43,434 nucleotides of DNA from Tepidisphaeraceae bacterium (lineage in GTDB: Bacteria > Planctomycetota > Phycisphaerae > Tepidisphaerales > Tepidisphaeraceae), in NCBI GenBank assembly GCA_041482675.1, contig JBGPEF010000001.1:1-43434 (forward strand). The letters are read 5' to 3'. Below the pieces are notes generated by a model, which was not told the DNA's origin, searched no databases, and saw only the letters and a list, made by a program, of their open reading frames with translations. Numbering within the stretch: position 1 is the stretch's first letter; every line of letters starts with the position of its first letter. The position numbers and the translations under genes are program-made. Below, one piece after another: positions 41,618-43,434 of this stretch.

Positions 41618-41640
41618 GCGGGATTATGCTGCCCTTGAAT

Positions 41641-41689
41641 GTGGCATAGGCGCCTCGCCCATGGCTCACGGGCGAGGTGCCCGTGCCAC
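41641..41689. repeat. Nested REP-like palindrome downstream of the Gfo/Idh/MocA gene
   Basis: Outer pair GTGGCA / TGCCAC (41641..41646 and 41684..41689). Inner 10-bp stem CGCCTCGCCC / GGGCGAGGTG (41651..41660 and 41670..41679, one G-T wobble). No T-run follows. Confidence 0.65.
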
Positions 41690-41713
41690 AAAGAATGATT
41701 TACCACGGCCATC

Positions 41714-43021
41714 TTAAACTTTCGGCTCCCAACCTTTGCGATATTCCCGTGACCACAGCGCCATCGCGTCCGGATCGTTCTTGATCCGGCGCGTGGCCGG
41801 ATCGAAATTCAGGCCGCGGCCGACGCGGTGGGAAATATTGCCCAGGTGGCACATCAGCGTGCTCTTCACGCCTTCTTCGATCTCGGCGTTGAGCTTTTCA
41901 TCAGAGCGAATGGCGTTGAGGAAATTTTCCTGGTGCGTCGAATCCCCGCCCGCCCCGGTGCCTTTGGCCACTTCCTTGCCGGCCATGTCGTAAATCGCGT
42001 AGCCGCCGCCGGTGATCAGCAGCGAGCCTTTTTCGCCGTAAAAACCGACATCAAAATCGGGATCGTTGGGCGTTTTTCCCATCCAGCTTCGGCCCTGCCA
42101 GACGATGGTTTTGTCGCCAAAATCAAAGCTGACATTGTGCGTGTCGGGCGTTTCCTGGTCGTCGTCGTAGCGATATTTGCCGCCAGCGGAGCTGATCTTC
42201 GAGGGAAAATCAGCGCCCATCCCCCAGCGCTGAAGATCGATGTAGTGAACGCCGTTGTTGCCAAGCTCGCCGGTGCCCCAGTGCCAGAACCAGTGCCAGT
42301 GATAGTGCAGGAAATTGTCGCGATAGCCGCGCTCGGGCGCGGGACCCTGCCAGAAATTGTAATTGAGATAGGCGGGAACGGTCGCCGCCCGACCGCGGCC
42401 AATGGTGGGGCGATTGTTGAAATAGTAGGAGTGCGACAACAGCACGCGGCCGATATCACCGTTCTTGATCCGCCCCATCGCCTCGACGATCCCCGGCCAG
42501 CTCCGTCGCTGCGTTCCCAGCTGCACCTTGCGGTTGTATTTGCGGGCCGCCGCCACCATCATCTCGCCCTCGGCCGGATTGTGGCAGGCGGGTTTTTCGA
42601 CGTAAACGTGCTTGTTGGCCGCGCACGCGTAAATCATCGCCGGGCCGTGCCAGTGGTCGGGCGTGGCGATGACGATCGCGTCCACGGCCGGGTCGTCGAT
42701 AACCCGCCGGAAATCCGCCACTCCCTCGGGCTTGCGCGACTGCTTGGCCGCGACGGCATCGACCGCCTTGCCCATGTGCCGCTCATCCACGTCGCAGACA
42801 TACGCGACCTCGGCGTTTTTTTGCCCCGCAAAACCGACGGCCAGCTCCGAACCGCGGCCGTTGCCGCCGTTGCTGCTGCGCGATGTGCCCATCACGCCGA
42901 TGATCACCTTCTCATTCGCGCCGGCGATGGCCATCGATGAGAGCGCTGTCGATGCGATGGCGGCGGCGGACGTGCTGCGAATGAATTGCCTGCGGGAGAT
43001 CGGGACGCTGCGATTACTCAT
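41714..43021 (-). CDS. Gfo/Idh/MocA-family oxidoreductase with a twin-arginine (TAT) signal
   Basis: TAT signal: SRRQFIRSTSAAAIASTALSSMAIAGA. Rossmann fold: VIIGVMGTSR. AYVCDVDERH; IVIATPDHWHGPAMIYACAANKHVYVEKP. Confidence 0.88.
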   Translation of the reverse strand: MSNRSVPISRRQFIRSTSAAAIASTALSSMAIAGANEKVIIGVMGTSRSSNGGNGRGSELAVGFAGQKNAEVAYVCDVDERHMGKAVDAVAAKQSRKPEGVADFRRVIDDPAVDAIVIATPDHWHGPAMIYACAANKHVYVEKPACHNPAEGEMMVAAARKYNRKVQLGTQRRSWPGIVEAMGRIKNGDIGRVLLSHSYYFNNRPTIGRGRAATVPAYLNYNFWQGPAPERGYRDNFLHYHWHWFWHWGTGELGNNGVHYIDLQRWGMGADFPSKISSAGGKYRYDDDQETPDTHNVSFDFGDKTIVWQGRSWMGKTPNDPDFDVGFYGEKGSLLITGGGYAIYDMAGKEVAKGTGAGGDSTHQENFLNAIRSDEKLNAEIEEGVKSTLMCHLGNISHRVGRGLNFDPATRRIKNDPDAMALWSREYRKGWEPKV

Positions 43022-43155
43022 AACTTTTTACCCTCTGTGCGCAAGGTGAAAGTTAGCAGAATTTGAGTTGAGGATCGAGGGGGTCGTGTCGGACTCGCCG
43101 CCGCCGATGCCCAGAGCTAGACGTCCGCCAAAGCGGACCCTACGCTTTGAGGCCG

Positions 43156-43434
43156 ATGACATGGGTGATCGTGGGCTCTTTAGTGGCGTTGGCCGCTCTG
43201 CTCATGGTGGCGGAGCGGGCGGGCGCGCCGGTGATTTTGGCCCTGGAATTCAAGGGGGACCTGAAACGTGAATCGCGATGGCTCGCACAATACGGCCAGG
43301 GGGCGTGTACGCTGGTCGCGGCCGGTCTGATGCTCCTGCTCGATCCGCGCAGGCTGAAACACAATATGCAGCCGGGGATTGTGCTGCTGATCGTCGTATT
43401 CGGAACCAGCCTGGCTTGCACCTTCCTTAAGCGG
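43156..43434 (+). CDS. Membrane protein, partial (continues beyond the window end); possibly PAP2-like
   Basis: This ORF is absent from the track because it has no stop. My translation from ATG 43156: MTWVIVGSLVALAALLMVAERAGAPVILALEFKGDLKRESRWLAQYGQGACTLVAAGLMLLLDPRRLKHNMQPGIVLLIVVFGTSLACTFLKR. It contains several TM-like segments and ends in a K(x6)RP-type lead-in (FLKR). The minus ORF 43140..43421 is a shadow. Confidence 0.5.
   Translation, partial: MTWVIVGSLVALAALLMVAERAGAPVILALEFKGDLKRESRWLAQYGQGACTLVAAGLMLLLDPRRLKHNMQPGIVLLIVVFGTSLACTFLKR

Overview
High-GC bacterial chromosomal window. It most likely comes from Planctomycetota, possibly Phycisphaerae-like. Supporting this: PEP-CTERM and VPLPA-CTERM anchors, a pseudopilin/DUF1559-like module ending in LFNDGHVEW, LE-x-R-x-LLS N-termini on exoenzymes, a TAT-signal Gfo/Idh/MocA oxidoreductase, and a futalosine-type radical SAM gene. 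I support about 34 protein-coding genes, two of them partial at the window edges. I found no rRNA, tRNA, CRISPR array, transposase or integrase. Most other long ORFs in the six-frame track are antisense shadow ORFs of the real genes, with G/A/V/D-rich or R/P/H/S-rich junk composition. Gene content in order: (1) three secreted enzymes, namely a CBM6-like protein, a lysyl-oxidase homolog and an S8 protease with a CBM6-like tail, plus a methyltransferase; (2) fmt-rsmB; (3) a histidine kinase, a response regulator, a response-regulator-GGDEF protein and a Crp/Fnr regulator; (4) three tandem paralogous exosortase-anchored secreted proteins; (5) a cupredoxin-like / lipoprotein / class III nucleotidyl cyclase operon; (6) a 1200-aa GH13 amylase-family surface protein; (7) a large secreted protein with an internal pseudopilin-like module; (8) an aldehyde dehydrogenase and a Spy/CpxP-like protein; (9) a futalosine-pathway radical SAM gene and a CheY-like regulator; (10) a tightly coupled four-gene operon of an Lgt paralog, two orphan membrane proteins and a Zn-ribbon radical SAM of the MJ0619/Tes type; (11) a small 2-TM protein, DUF72, GH2, a solitary sucD, LacI, an ArnT/PMT-like glycosyltransferase, Gfo/Idh/MocA and a partial membrane protein. 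The best candidates for undescribed biology are: the Lgt-paralog/radical-SAM membrane operon; the LE-x-R-x-LLS N-terminal motif that replaces signal peptides on three neighbouring exoenzymes; a covarying 5'-leader hairpin upstream of the duplicated VPLPA-CTERM genes; the periplasmic-accessory/cyclase operon; two in-frame heptanucleotide tandem arrays inside the conserved menaquinone radical SAM gene; and a family of REP-like GC-rich palindromes at gene ends. All functional calls rest on motif recognition by eye. No database search was run.
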